Of a stretch of DNA of 64,000 nt, positions 20,801-29,670 are shown one piece after another. The notes beneath the pieces were generated by a model. That model made no database searches and was not told where the DNA came from. It worked only from the letters and a program-made list of their open reading frames with translations. Made by a program: the position numbers and the translations under genes. This DNA is from Candidatus Saccharicenans sp. (GTDB lineage Bacteria; Acidobacteriota; Aminicenantia; Aminicenantales; Saccharicenantaceae): positions 221,096 to 285,095 of the forward strand of contig JBNARJ010000001.1 in NCBI GenBank assembly GCA_049719515.1. The letters are read 5' to 3'. Positions within the stretch are counted from its first letter, which is position 1. Each line of letters starts with the position of its first letter.

Positions 20801-20973
20801 TGCAGGACATTGTCCGATATTCAGAAGAATTTAAAGAGGGCCCTTATGCCTGGTTCCTGGTGCCTGCCTGGCAAAAACTGGGGAAAAAAGAGGAAGCTCA
20901 AAAACTTCTCGGCCAGTTAAAGCCTCCGTTTGAGTTCTGGAACGAAATACAAAACATAGAAAAATCTATCTGA
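17887..20973 (+). CDS. Large (1028 aa) lipoprotein/anchored protein: N-terminal DUF5107-like domain followed by multiple TPR repeats
   Basis: Signal/TM with possible lipobox (IFISC). The ~450-aa N-terminal globular region recalls DUF5107 (GGKIWGARDLLTGRDFLYTNHVIKFREIGLRGPWTSGGIEFNF). The C-terminal ~550 aa contain tandem TPR-like helices (AEYEKALEYARKAVEL..., ANYFYGLAALKLNQ...). AGGAG RBS. Confidence 0.6.
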   Translation: MNFRLKTYFFIRHFRLNAKRFFWAIFILMMTGIFISCQAEKGTELSIKKETITTYPYSDPDPIPIFARSSMWGSGARIYPYFVFNGFSSTSRPQDWTVVRLKNRYLEVSVLPEIGGKIWGARDLLTGRDFLYTNHVIKFREIGLRGPWTSGGIEFNFGVIGHSPATASPVDYLVEKQPDGTVTCTVGNYDWPSRTRWRVTIKVYPDKDFFETESRWINPGPYRQSYYAWMCAAVPAADDLKYIFPGKYQIGHDYSQPLLPWPVDREGRDLSWYRNNAFGSSKSYFVIGSYDNFYGGYYQKSDFGFGHWALYPDQPGKKIWIWDLSRAGEIWVDLLTDADGQYTEPQAGRLLNQSDHGIFSPGTADRWSELWFPYSGIGQMSGATPEVVLSLNQKDPQRIELNLYALQKISGPLTISQDDKELVSLKLNLQPGQRQTILIEKAIPGKNLTVLLGKKIIHQTSPEVIDIKKPFRFYIPSANTPEQLFLAGQLAENQRDYQQALEKYQQVLDKEPDHLLTLCRMSELYHRRAEYEKALEYARKAVELSMYHPEANYFYGLAALKLNQMTEAKEALGWAARSPAYSLPAYLQLAKISLLEKDYHLAQIYAERAVNYDGQNPLPYELLATIYRNLGDRQAARESCFKALSHDRLDHLALFELYLLQPSAENRQRFQSAIRNEFPEQTCLELALHYLTIGEKDTALKLLSLAPAGAEILTWQAYLSQYYDSKFSNTKLEEAASASPYLVFPFREESIPVFEWASQRRPDCWKFRYYLGLIYWHKGRLAEARRMFETLDPADYYPVFIARAYLRYDEAENARADLQRAVKLSPESWRTWHHLITFELNHRQNQQARQHGLEALEKFPENIFLQSDLVKAFLANEDFSRAAELLDKMQVLPYEGASEVHELYVRAHLHLALEKMKEKDWEQALYEIALARDYPERLGTGRPFAPDQRIHDYLEALCYQKTGRPELARQNLQDIVRYSEEFKEGPYAWFLVPAWQKLGKKEEAQKLLGQLKPPFEFWNEIQNIEKSI

Positions 20974-21306
20974 AAGACACAGATGAAGAATCTGCCAGAA
21001 GACTCTGGCTCATCCGCGGTGAAGAGGACCAGACGAGCAACCTCATTTTGCAGTGGAAGCTGAAGTAAACAGGTTAATCATTAACCTGCTCACCTGCGAG
21101 AGCCTTGCTGGCAATAAACAAAATATCCTCGGGCCAGCTTTATCTGAGGTCGGGCCGCAGGGGGCAGTCAGCCCACCTTAAAAAATTATTCTCTTTCACT
21201 CTCCCGCAGGAAGCCCAGAAAAACAAAAAACATTAATTAAAAGCAATGCTTCTAATTTTTTATTTGAGTTCGGCCAGTATCACATGATTTCAGCCAAGCT
21301 CTCATT

Positions 21307-22989
21307 TTACTGCCAGTTAATCAGGTTAACTGCGGGTAAGGAAACGGACACCTCCAGTCTGTAAATCGGGAAATAATCATCAACTTCCGGTACCAGCCTG
21401 AACTTGAAATAACGAATCAGCCCATATTCAGATTGTGGTTCAAGAAGACAGGGTATTAAATTTGCACCGGGCTGTTCGCAGGGAACAAAGCAATCACCTC
21501 TTTTCAGCGGCACTTTCTGTTTTTCCAGCTCAACGGTAATTTTTTCTGGAGCCAGGTAGTCAGCCCGTGCCGGAATCAGCTCTTTAACCCGGTAAAGTCC
21601 GGCTTCCACGGTCAGCGCTTTTTCCAGCATGTGGACTATTAATCCGTGGGCCAGGAGAACCTCAACCAGGTCAAACCTCTCTGCCGGAATGATATAACCG
21701 GCCGGCCGGCTGACGCTCAGTTCTGACTTAACCAGAGGAAACCAGTTTTTCTCAACCCTTGTTACAACTTTATAATCGGCCGGGCCAGCATACGGTGAAA
21801 TATCATCGGCCAGTAAATAATCTCCTGCCTTTTTATCTACCTTGAGAATGCCTCTGATGGTTGAAGAAGGCCTTTCAAAAACTTTAAGCACCAGTTCGGG
21901 CTGGGCCGGGTCACGGTCATAGCGCATTTTCAGATGGACCGGGTCATTCTCAGCCCTGAGCCTGGCTCTCTTAATAAGGTTGGCTCTCAAGTCACCGACC
22001 AGGCGCAACACCTCCTCCGGTCGGGCGGCCACCGTTTCCACCAGAGCTCTCATCCCTTCGTACTGCCACCCGGTACGGAGTTCCAGAGTGGCCAGGTCAT
22101 GTCGAGAGGCAACCTCCTGGATAAAAGAAAGAGTTTCGTAGATGCCCAGGCTGTTGCGTCCGTCATTGAGGTCAGTCGTGCTGTAGCGCAGCATCATTTC
22201 TCCCGACCTCTCAGCCTGAATCCTCGCCCCGGATGAGGTATCCAGGCCGAGCGGCTCGGACACCAGGTATTCAAAATAGGTTATTTTCTTCCTGTCCAGT
22301 TTCTTTTCTATTTCCTTCAGGATGACCTGCCGGGAAAAGGACTGAAGCGATTGATGTATGTTCAGGTTGGAAACGCAGCCAACTGAAACCCGGTAGTAAT
22401 CATCCCCTTTTTCGTGCAGGTCCATGGTCACTTCCGGCCGGTACTGAGCAAAAACACGATGAATGGCGCGGGTGCTTTCCGCCTCCAGCTTGACATGGTC
22501 GCGGTTTAGGTCAAGTCCAAGCTCGTTCTGCCGAACATCATAAAAATTTCCGTAGGGGTTAGCCTGAGGAATGATAAGCACGTTCACCTTTTTCAGCAGG
22601 GAATTCAATTCACCAACAGCCAGGTCCCTTATCAGCCTTAAAGCCGCTTCTTTGGCTGACTGTTCGTTGCCGTGCTGGGAAGCGATAAACATAATGGTCG
22701 GCCTCTGCCGGTTTAATTCTGCCGCTTCCCGCGCCCCTTCTTCGGTCAGTATGGCCAGAAACAGGTCGCGAGCCGGGTAGTTCTCCACCTCCTTTGTCCG
22801 GCCGATGAACTTTACTTTTAAGTTCTTGCTTCTGGCTTCCACCACTGACAGGAATTTCACTATGTCCTCGAACTGAGTGTACCTGGTGTATCGGTTTTCT
22901 TCAGCGGGCGTCTTCACCACAACAGCAGCCTGAACCGCAGAAAATAACAGCATTAGACCCATGACTGAAACAATAATTTTTCTGCTCAT
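21307..22989 (-). CDS. Secreted M14-family zinc carboxypeptidase
   Basis: Signal peptide; SQHGNEQS (HxxE zinc ligands) and a later DLHE region; 560 aa. GGAGGTGA RBS. Confidence 0.75.
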   Translation of the reverse strand: MSRKIIVSVMGLMLLFSAVQAAVVVKTPAEENRYTRYTQFEDIVKFLSVVEARSKNLKVKFIGRTKEVENYPARDLFLAILTEEGAREAAELNRQRPTIMFIASQHGNEQSAKEAALRLIRDLAVGELNSLLKKVNVLIIPQANPYGNFYDVRQNELGLDLNRDHVKLEAESTRAIHRVFAQYRPEVTMDLHEKGDDYYRVSVGCVSNLNIHQSLQSFSRQVILKEIEKKLDRKKITYFEYLVSEPLGLDTSSGARIQAERSGEMMLRYSTTDLNDGRNSLGIYETLSFIQEVASRHDLATLELRTGWQYEGMRALVETVAARPEEVLRLVGDLRANLIKRARLRAENDPVHLKMRYDRDPAQPELVLKVFERPSSTIRGILKVDKKAGDYLLADDISPYAGPADYKVVTRVEKNWFPLVKSELSVSRPAGYIIPAERFDLVEVLLAHGLIVHMLEKALTVEAGLYRVKELIPARADYLAPEKITVELEKQKVPLKRGDCFVPCEQPGANLIPCLLEPQSEYGLIRYFKFRLVPEVDDYFPIYRLEVSVSLPAVNLINWQ

Positions 22990-23182
22990 CGGTCACCTCC
23001 TTTTTAATTTAATTAAAAAAAATTTTCCTGGCACCGTCCTTCCACTTTTTTAAAATTAAAAAACATCTTTAGACAGCTCAAATTAAATCCGGCCAAATTT
23101 AAATTGTCCGACAACCTGCCGCTCACCTGCTTTAATAAGACAGAACCAGAGCCATCTTTTTTTTATTAACACTGCCTGGCAA

Positions 23183-24445
23183 TCAATTTTTCTTTTTCAG
23201 CAGCTCCGGGTCAAATTTTATGTTCAGAACCAATTCTTCTCCGTTTCTCAACACCCTGGCCTGGACTTCATCACCCCAGTTATGCTTGGCCATCAGCAGC
23301 CGGAATTCATTGATGTCAGAAACGGACTGGCCCTCCACCGCCAGGATTACATCTCCTTTCTGAAAACCAGCCTCCCTGGCCAGGCCTTCAGCGGGATTGG
23401 CCGCCACCACCAGGTTGGCCAGCCCTTCCACTTTCTTCAGGTTAAGACTGAAAGCCGGAAAGGCCGGGTATGGTTTTTCTTTGACCCCGTAGAGGTAATT
23501 GGCCAGCCCGCGCGATACTTTTACACTTGAATTTTCCGGCACCCGGAGGCCGATGATGGTGGCAAAAGGCTGACGGCTTTTCAGCCAGGCTCTATAATTG
23601 AGCCCGAGGTTGTAGAGCATATGGCCTGACCCGGCCAGCACCACCACCCGCCGCCCGGTTGCTTCTGCCGCTCTGACCGCATTGGTACCCATGGTCTCAT
23701 CCCAGGCCACCTGCGCCCGGTAGAGACCTTCAAACATCGCTTCGAGATTGGCGCCCTTCATCTGGGGTGGAATTTCCTCGGCTTCAAAGATGGTGCGGAT
23801 CAGCAACCGGTGATCTTCGTGAGTCAGGTCAAGAGGCGGCACAATTTTTTTCTCTTCCTCGGTCAGAGCCTCATAACCCCGCATCCGGATTTTGCTGATT
23901 ATGCTGCGCGGCGCGTTTAGAGCAAAGATGGGCAATTTTTTCTCTCTGGCAAATTCAAATATCTTGCGGTAATAACCGTAGTTGAAGCTCCAGGTCACAT
24001 ACCATTTAATTTCTCTGAGGAAATTTTCTTCATCCAGCTCGCCCGCCACCCAGCGGTCCAGGACCGGCTGCAGGTCGACCGTGACCTGTTCCAGCCCGAT
24101 GGCCAGGTTCGGGTCCTGCTGGTAAAGAGCCTGAATTACCCGAAACTGCATCTCATGCATATCCAGGTCGTCATGAGTCTCTCCCACATAAATAAAGCGG
24201 GCTCTCTTTATCTCCCTGACCATTCTTTCAAATTGAATCGGCCGGCCTTTACTGGCAGAATAGAGCTTCCCGGCTTCCACCAAAAGGAATTTCCCGCGGT
24301 ATTCTCTGGGGCCCAGCGGTAAAGTCAGAGATTTATCTCCGGCCTCCTGAGGATAAGTTATGCTTGAAAGGACAAGAAGAAAAAGCACGAGAGAAACTGT
24401 CAAATATTTGTTCCTCAGATTGATTCGGTTACTGAGTTTTTTCAT
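23183..24445 (-). CDS. ChaN/Tiki-superfamily (haem-binding-uptake-like) secreted protein fused to a C-terminal PDZ domain
   Basis: Signal peptide. YVGETHDDLDMHEMQ is the GExH..H motif of the ChaN/TIKI/TraB fold. C-terminal GFQKGDVILAVEGQSV...LNIKF is a PDZ domain. AAGGAG RBS. Confidence 0.65.
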   Translation of the reverse strand: MKKLSNRINLRNKYLTVSLVLFLLVLSSITYPQEAGDKSLTLPLGPREYRGKFLLVEAGKLYSASKGRPIQFERMVREIKRARFIYVGETHDDLDMHEMQFRVIQALYQQDPNLAIGLEQVTVDLQPVLDRWVAGELDEENFLREIKWYVTWSFNYGYYRKIFEFAREKKLPIFALNAPRSIISKIRMRGYEALTEEEKKIVPPLDLTHEDHRLLIRTIFEAEEIPPQMKGANLEAMFEGLYRAQVAWDETMGTNAVRAAEATGRRVVVLAGSGHMLYNLGLNYRAWLKSRQPFATIIGLRVPENSSVKVSRGLANYLYGVKEKPYPAFPAFSLNLKKVEGLANLVVAANPAEGLAREAGFQKGDVILAVEGQSVSDINEFRLLMAKHNWGDEVQARVLRNGEELVLNIKFDPELLKKKN

Positions 24446-25279
24446 TTTGACTCCTTCCTGACCTGACTCTATTTAATTTTTTGCTTGAGTATTCCATATC
24501 TATTTACTTAAATATTCAAATTTAATCAACTGATTTCTGGACTGCATTTTTTGGTCGGAAATTATCTTTCAGGAAAACTCTTCTTTTCTCGTTCCTTAAT
24601 TTCTTCACACGCTAATTCCCGATGATGTACTCTTTATTAAAAAAGTGGAATATCCTTGGCTCATTTGGACTTCCTTCCTCGCCCGGAGATGGAAATAATT
24701 ATGGCCGGGGCTCAGAACCGGCGCTAAATGGTCAATTTGGTGCCCGCCTAAGCATCAGAAACACATCGATTGGCCAAATTGCTATTTTATCCTTTCTGCC
24801 AAGACAGCGATGTGCCCGTTTTGAAACTAATGTTTTATTTCCCTCCCCCAAAAAACTGGCCTGGCCATAATCAATCCGTGGCTTCCGAGGTTGATGAAAG
24901 ATAAAAGAGGCCGATTTGTTCAACCGGTACGGTCGAGTATGAATCTGTATCAGGAAAATCGACGGAAAGGTTAAGAAAAGTTCAAACTTTGAAAAAGGCA
25001 GAAATTAAAAACTTATCTGATATCAGGAAATTCAGTGAGCAGGCTCTGAAGGACAAAGCTGGCCATATTTTCCTGGAATTCAGCCACTCTTTCCGGGCTT
25101 TCCTTTTTCTTTTCCCAGGCTTTCATCTGAGTGCCGGTCTTTTCCAGCACCTGATTTTCTATCCTGAACAGCTTGGTCAATACTCCTTCTCCAGCTCCCG
25201 CCAGGCAAAATTTACTGAATATAATTGAAAATGAAAATATGCCGACCTTCAGGTTGAGGCCCAAAAAAGCGCTCCGCCG

Positions 25280-27373
25280 TTATTCTTCCTCTGGCTTGAC
25301 CCGGCCTTCCTTGATGGCTTCGGCAATTATTTTCTGCTGCAGCTGCGCCGGCACTTCTTCGTAATGGGAAAATTCCATGATGAAAGAACCACGGCCGCCG
25401 GTAATGGAGGTCAGAGTGGGCTCAAAGTCAAGCATTTCGGCCATGGGCACCTGAGCTTTTAGAATCCTCATGTTGCCTTTTTGCTCCATACCCTGGACTT
25501 TACCCCGGCGTCCGTTCAGGGCACCCATGATATCGCCCATGTATGCTTCCGGCGTGTAGATTTCCACGTTCATGATGGGTTCGAGCAGGGTCGGTTTCGC
25601 TTCCTTCATACCCTTCTTAAAGGCCATGGAAGCGGCGATTTTAAAGGCGATATCCGAAGAGTCAACCTCATGATAGGACCCATCGTAAAGAATAACCTTG
25701 AAGTCAACCACCGGATAACCGGCCAGGATACCTTTCTTCCTGGCTTCCTGTATTCCCTTTTCAATCGAGGGAATAAAGTTCTTTGGAATGGCGCCGCCAA
25801 AAATCTTGTCTTCAAACTCAAAATCTTTGCCGCGCGGCAGCGGTTCCATCTTTATTTTCACGTCACCGTACTGGCCGCGACCGCCGGTCTGCTTCTTGTA
25901 CTTCCCCTGGACATCAGACCGGCCCTTGATGGTTTCCCGGTAAGGAATCTTGGGCGGCTTCAGCTCGACGTCCACGTTATAGCGTTTCTTCAGTTTCTCG
26001 GTGATGATGCGGACGTGCAATTCGCCGTTGCCGGAAATCAGCAGCTGGTTGGTTTCCGGGTCTCTTTCAATCCTGACCGTCGGGTCTTCTTCCGTCACCC
26101 GGTGAGTGGCCTGAGAAATCTTGTCCTCGTCAGCTCTCGTTTTGGGTTCTATGGCGAAGGAAATTGATGGCTCAGGGAACTTAATCGGTTCAAACTCGAC
26201 CTCTGCTCCCTTGGCACACAGCGTATCACCGGTCAGGGTGGCTTTCAACTTGGCCGTAGCGACAATGTCCCCCGCTTTGGCCTGGCCGGCCGGAATCTGT
26301 TCTTTGCCCTGAAGAAAGAACAGACCGCCAAGCTTTTCATCCGTGTCCTTTGTGGTATTGGTCACGGTGGCATCCGGCCCGATTTTTCCGGAAAACACCC
26401 TCATCAAAGAAATTCTTCCAGTATAGGGATCCGATATTGTCTTGAACACCAGGGCGGCAAACGGTCCCTCGGTGGAAAGCTCCAGCTCACTTTCCTGTCC
26501 CTTGATTTTGGCTTTCACTTTACCCCTTTCCAGCGGAGAAGGCATGAAATCCACAATGCCGTCGAGGATCATCTGCGCTCCGATGTTGACCAGAGCGGAA
26601 GCGGCAAAAATCGGGAAAATCTGGTGATTAAAAACGCTCTTCTTTAAACCGCCGAGCAATTCCTCGCTGGAAAGCTCGCCCTGTTCAAAATATTTTTCCA
26701 TCAATTTTTCATCGGTTTCAGCCACCATTTCCACCAGCTGGGTGTACCTGGTTTCCACTTCATCTTTCAATTCGGCCGGCACTTCCGTTTCCTGGAACTT
26801 ACCGCTTTCGTCCTTTTCGAAAAGGTAGGCTTTTTTCTTGATCAGGTCCACCACACCGGTGAAATTCTTTTCTTCACCTATCGGTATCTGCACCGGAACA
26901 GCCTGACGGCCAAAGAACTGCTGTATTTCGTTTACCGTCCGGCTAAAACTGGCGTTTTCCCGGTCGAGCTTGTTTACCACAATCATCCTGGGCAGGCCGA
27001 GTTCTTCCATCATTTCCCAGACTTTTTCCGTGCCCACTTCCACACCGGCCACGCCGCAGACCAGCACCAGAGCCGAATCAACCGCTCTCAGGCTGGCTCT
27101 GGTATCCCAGAGAAAGCTGCTGTAACCGGGCGTATCGATGATGTTAATCTTGTGGTCTTTCCATTCGACAAAGCAGGGCGCCGAATTTATGGATATTTTT
27201 CTTTCAATCTCTTCCGGGTCATAATCAGTAACCGTATTTCCCTTGTCCACCTTGGTCAACCTGGAGGTTACCCCGCCGGCAAAAAGTATGGCGGCGGTAA
27301 GAGAGGTCTTACCTGACGAGCCGTGTCCGACAAAAGCAATGTTTCTGAGTTTTTCCGGGCTATAATCCTTCAT
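25280..27373 (-). CDS. Elongation factor G paralog (EF-G2-like GTPase)
   Basis: Full five-domain EF-G length (697 aa). The P-loop GHGSSGKT resembles EF-G-2-type paralogs rather than canonical AHIDAGKT. DTPGY and NKLD motifs are present. GGAGG RBS. Confidence 0.85.
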   Translation of the reverse strand: MKDYSPEKLRNIAFVGHGSSGKTSLTAAILFAGGVTSRLTKVDKGNTVTDYDPEEIERKISINSAPCFVEWKDHKINIIDTPGYSSFLWDTRASLRAVDSALVLVCGVAGVEVGTEKVWEMMEELGLPRMIVVNKLDRENASFSRTVNEIQQFFGRQAVPVQIPIGEEKNFTGVVDLIKKKAYLFEKDESGKFQETEVPAELKDEVETRYTQLVEMVAETDEKLMEKYFEQGELSSEELLGGLKKSVFNHQIFPIFAASALVNIGAQMILDGIVDFMPSPLERGKVKAKIKGQESELELSTEGPFAALVFKTISDPYTGRISLMRVFSGKIGPDATVTNTTKDTDEKLGGLFFLQGKEQIPAGQAKAGDIVATAKLKATLTGDTLCAKGAEVEFEPIKFPEPSISFAIEPKTRADEDKISQATHRVTEEDPTVRIERDPETNQLLISGNGELHVRIITEKLKKRYNVDVELKPPKIPYRETIKGRSDVQGKYKKQTGGRGQYGDVKIKMEPLPRGKDFEFEDKIFGGAIPKNFIPSIEKGIQEARKKGILAGYPVVDFKVILYDGSYHEVDSSDIAFKIAASMAFKKGMKEAKPTLLEPIMNVEIYTPEAYMGDIMGALNGRRGKVQGMEQKGNMRILKAQVPMAEMLDFEPTLTSITGGRGSFIMEFSHYEEVPAQLQQKIIAEAIKEGRVKPEEE

Positions 27374-27481
27374 TCTTGTTCCTCCGGTAATTTGGTTTTT
27401 CTCGGGCCAAGAAAAATTTCTTGGATTTAAGCATATATATTAATAAAAAATAGCAATTTACTCAAGGATATGGCCCCATTT

Positions 27482-28405
27482 TTATTTTAAAAGCCTCTCT
27501 TTTTCCAGTATCTTGTTGAGCTCCTCTGGAAGAGGTGATTCAAACTCCATTCGTTCGCCTGAAAGCGGATGGTTGAAGGCAAGTTTCCAGGCATGCAGAA
27601 AAAGCCTGGGCCATCGTTTTCTTCCTTTCTCCCCCAGTCCGCCGTACTTTGGGTCGCCGGCGATTGGATGGCCGGTGGCCGACAGATGAACTCTCAGCTG
27701 ATGGGTACGGCCGGTAACCGGTTTCAGAGCCAAAAAAGTTGTTTCCCTGAACTCTTCCAGCACCTGGTAATGGGTTACGGCCAGCCTGGGCTTTCTGGTT
27801 TTAACAGAAATCTTTTCCCGGTGGTGGACGTGCCGGCCAATCGGTAAGTCAATCGTTCCCTTTTTTTCCCTGAACCGCCCCAGGGCGAGCGCCAGGTAAG
27901 TTTTACTAACGCTTCGCTCTTCAAACTGTTCCCTGAGAGACAGATAAGCCTGATTGGTCCGTGCCACCACCAGCAGTCCTGAGGTGTCTTTATCCAGCCG
28001 GTGGACAATCCCCGGTCTTAAAGGTGAACCGACCATTCTGATTTCGGGGTAGTTCAGCAGCAGACCGTGAACCAGAGTCCCGCGTTTTAACCCGGCCCCT
28101 GGATGAACGGCCACTCCTGCCGGTTTATCCACGACAATTATCTGACTGTCTTCAAAAATGACCCGGTACGGCACAGCTTCAGGCACCAGCTCACTTTCTT
28201 CCCCCTCTTCCTCCGTCCTGATTTCTATCAGGTCGCCTTTTCTCAGGTTGTAGCTTGGCTTAACAACTTGCCGGTTTACGGTGATTCTGCCCTCTTTTAT
28301 CGCTTTCTGCCACTGCGCCCGGCTGAATCCTTTTATCTTATCCTTAAGATAGACATCGAGTCTTTGCCCGGCTTCATCCTCAACAATTAACTTTTTCTCA
28401 AGCAC
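27482..28405 (-). CDS. rluD: 23S rRNA pseudouridine synthase, RluA/RluD family with N-terminal S4 domain
   Basis: HRLDKDTSGLLVVA catalytic-Asp motif and an S4-like N-domain. The ORF-track start at 28456 is a TTG with no RBS and would overlap lgt by 59 nt. The GTG at 28405 (VLEKKLIV...) is preceded by GGAGAAAAA and lies 4 nt after the lgt stop, so it is preferred. Confidence 0.8.
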   Translation of the reverse strand: MLEKKLIVEDEAGQRLDVYLKDKIKGFSRAQWQKAIKEGRITVNRQVVKPSYNLRKGDLIEIRTEEEGEESELVPEAVPYRVIFEDSQIIVVDKPAGVAVHPGAGLKRGTLVHGLLLNYPEIRMVGSPLRPGIVHRLDKDTSGLLVVARTNQAYLSLREQFEERSVSKTYLALALGRFREKKGTIDLPIGRHVHHREKISVKTRKPRLAVTHYQVLEEFRETTFLALKPVTGRTHQLRVHLSATGHPIAGDPKYGGLGEKGRKRWPRLFLHAWKLAFNHPLSGERMEFESPLPEELNKILEKERLLK

Positions 28406-29195
28406 TTTTTCTCCGTTTAAATATCTGTAACAGCACGATTCCGGCCACCAGGCCAATCAGGCAATAAAGCTGGGGCAGCGACAGGCTGCTCAGGGCACTT
28501 TCTCCGTGAATCAGGTAAGTATTTTCGCCGTGGTCACCGCGGAAGTACTCGGTAAAAAAGCGGATTATCGAATAATTGATGATGTAAAAGCTAAACACCT
28601 GGCCATCAAATTTTTTCTTTTTTAGAATCAAGAACAGAACAAAAAAGTTGAGAAAATTAAGAGCCGATTCATAAAGCTGAACCGGGTGAAGCGGAACATT
28701 CAGCGGAATGCCGGTCAGCTCGTGAGCGTACTCATTTTTAAAGACCACGGCCCACGGCAGGGAGCATTCTCGACCATAGCAGCAGCTGGCCGAAAAGCAA
28801 CCAATCCGGCCAAAACCATGTCCCAGGGCAATGGCCGGAGCTATGATATCGGCCGTCGGCCAGAGCGGGATTTTTTTCTTTCTGAAATAAATAATCGCAA
28901 AAATCACCCCAAAAGTCAGGCCGCCCTGAAAGACCCCCCCGGACTTGGCCAGGTTTAACAATTCAGCCGGCTCAGACACGTAATAAGAAAAATGCCCGAC
29001 AAAAAGGATAAGCTTGGCTCCTATGAGAGAAACTAAAATAATCCAGAAAGCAGCGTCCAGCAAAACGTTCGTGTCATAGCCTCGCCTTTTAGCCTGAACC
29101 ATGATAAACCACAGAGCAGCCAGCAGACCGAGGGCCATCATTACCCCGTAAGTGTGAACGGTAATTGGCCCAATCTTAAACAGCACCGGTAACAT
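28398..29195 (-). CDS. lgt: Prolipoprotein diacylglyceryl transferase
   Basis: Lgt signature G..H..YY...PL and HGFGRIGCF-like region (GHGFGRIGCFSASCCYG); 265 aa, polytopic. AAAGGAG RBS. Confidence 0.9.
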   Translation of the reverse strand: MLPVLFKIGPITVHTYGVMMALGLLAALWFIMVQAKRRGYDTNVLLDAAFWIILVSLIGAKLILFVGHFSYYVSEPAELLNLAKSGGVFQGGLTFGVIFAIIYFRKKKIPLWPTADIIAPAIALGHGFGRIGCFSASCCYGRECSLPWAVVFKNEYAHELTGIPLNVPLHPVQLYESALNFLNFFVLFLILKKKKFDGQVFSFYIINYSIIRFFTEYFRGDHGENTYLIHGESALSSLSLPQLYCLIGLVAGIVLLQIFKRRKSA

Positions 29196-29670
29196 CCCTG
29201 GCTCCTTTCAGCATAATAAAAACCAGGATAAGCGTTCCGACTGTAATACAGCTATCAGCCACGTTGAAAAAAGGCCAGTGAAACTTGCTCACGTAGAAAT
29301 CAAGAAAATCTATGACATAGCCCCGAAAGATCCGATCCAGCAGATTACCCATGGCCCCGCTTATGATCAGAGCAAAAGACACTTTCATCCAGCTGAGCTC
29401 CAGCGGCGTTTTAATAAAATAATAAACCACCACGGTAAAAGCCACCAGCGCACCCAGGTTGAGGAAAACCAGGGCCAGCGGTTTATCCGTGTTTCCCAGA
29501 AAACCAAAAATGGCTCCTCGATTGTGCACATGGGTCAGGTTAAAAAAACCGGGGATAACCGTTTTTGTCTCGTACAGAGAAATGTGCCTGTCAACCAGGT
29601 ATTTGGTTAGCTGGTCTAAGGCCAGCCAGAATAAAATAAAAACATAGTAGAACAGCTTTTTCTTACTCAT
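29176..29670 (-). CDS. lspA: Lipoprotein signal peptidase (signal peptidase II)
   Basis: 164-aa membrane protein with NRGAIFGF and FNVAD catalytic-Asp motifs. Overlaps the ileS 3' end, the classic ileS-lspA arrangement. Confidence 0.9.
   Translation of the reverse strand: MSKKKLFYYVFILFWLALDQLTKYLVDRHISLYETKTVIPGFFNLTHVHNRGAIFGFLGNTDKPLALVFLNLGALVAFTVVVYYFIKTPLELSWMKVSFALIISGAMGNLLDRIFRGYVIDFLDFYVSKFHWPFFNVADSCITVGTLILVFIMLKGARDVTGAV

Noticed and set aside
24640-24760. SRP (4.5S) RNA candidate on the minus strand, based on GGAAGGAAG...AGCCAAGG
   Set aside because: I could not fold the long conserved helix 8 with the GGAA tetraloop closed by complementary arms. The resemblance is limited to two short strings. 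Retained only as a low-confidence note in the findings, pending Rfam testing.
24989-25264. Two overlapping ~80-aa ORFs (24989-25228 plus, 25013-25264 minus) just downstream of the EF-G paralog
   Set aside because: Both begin at TTG, lack Shine-Dalgarno sequences and overlap each other on opposite strands. The region is treated as non-coding and flagged as a possible ncRNA instead.
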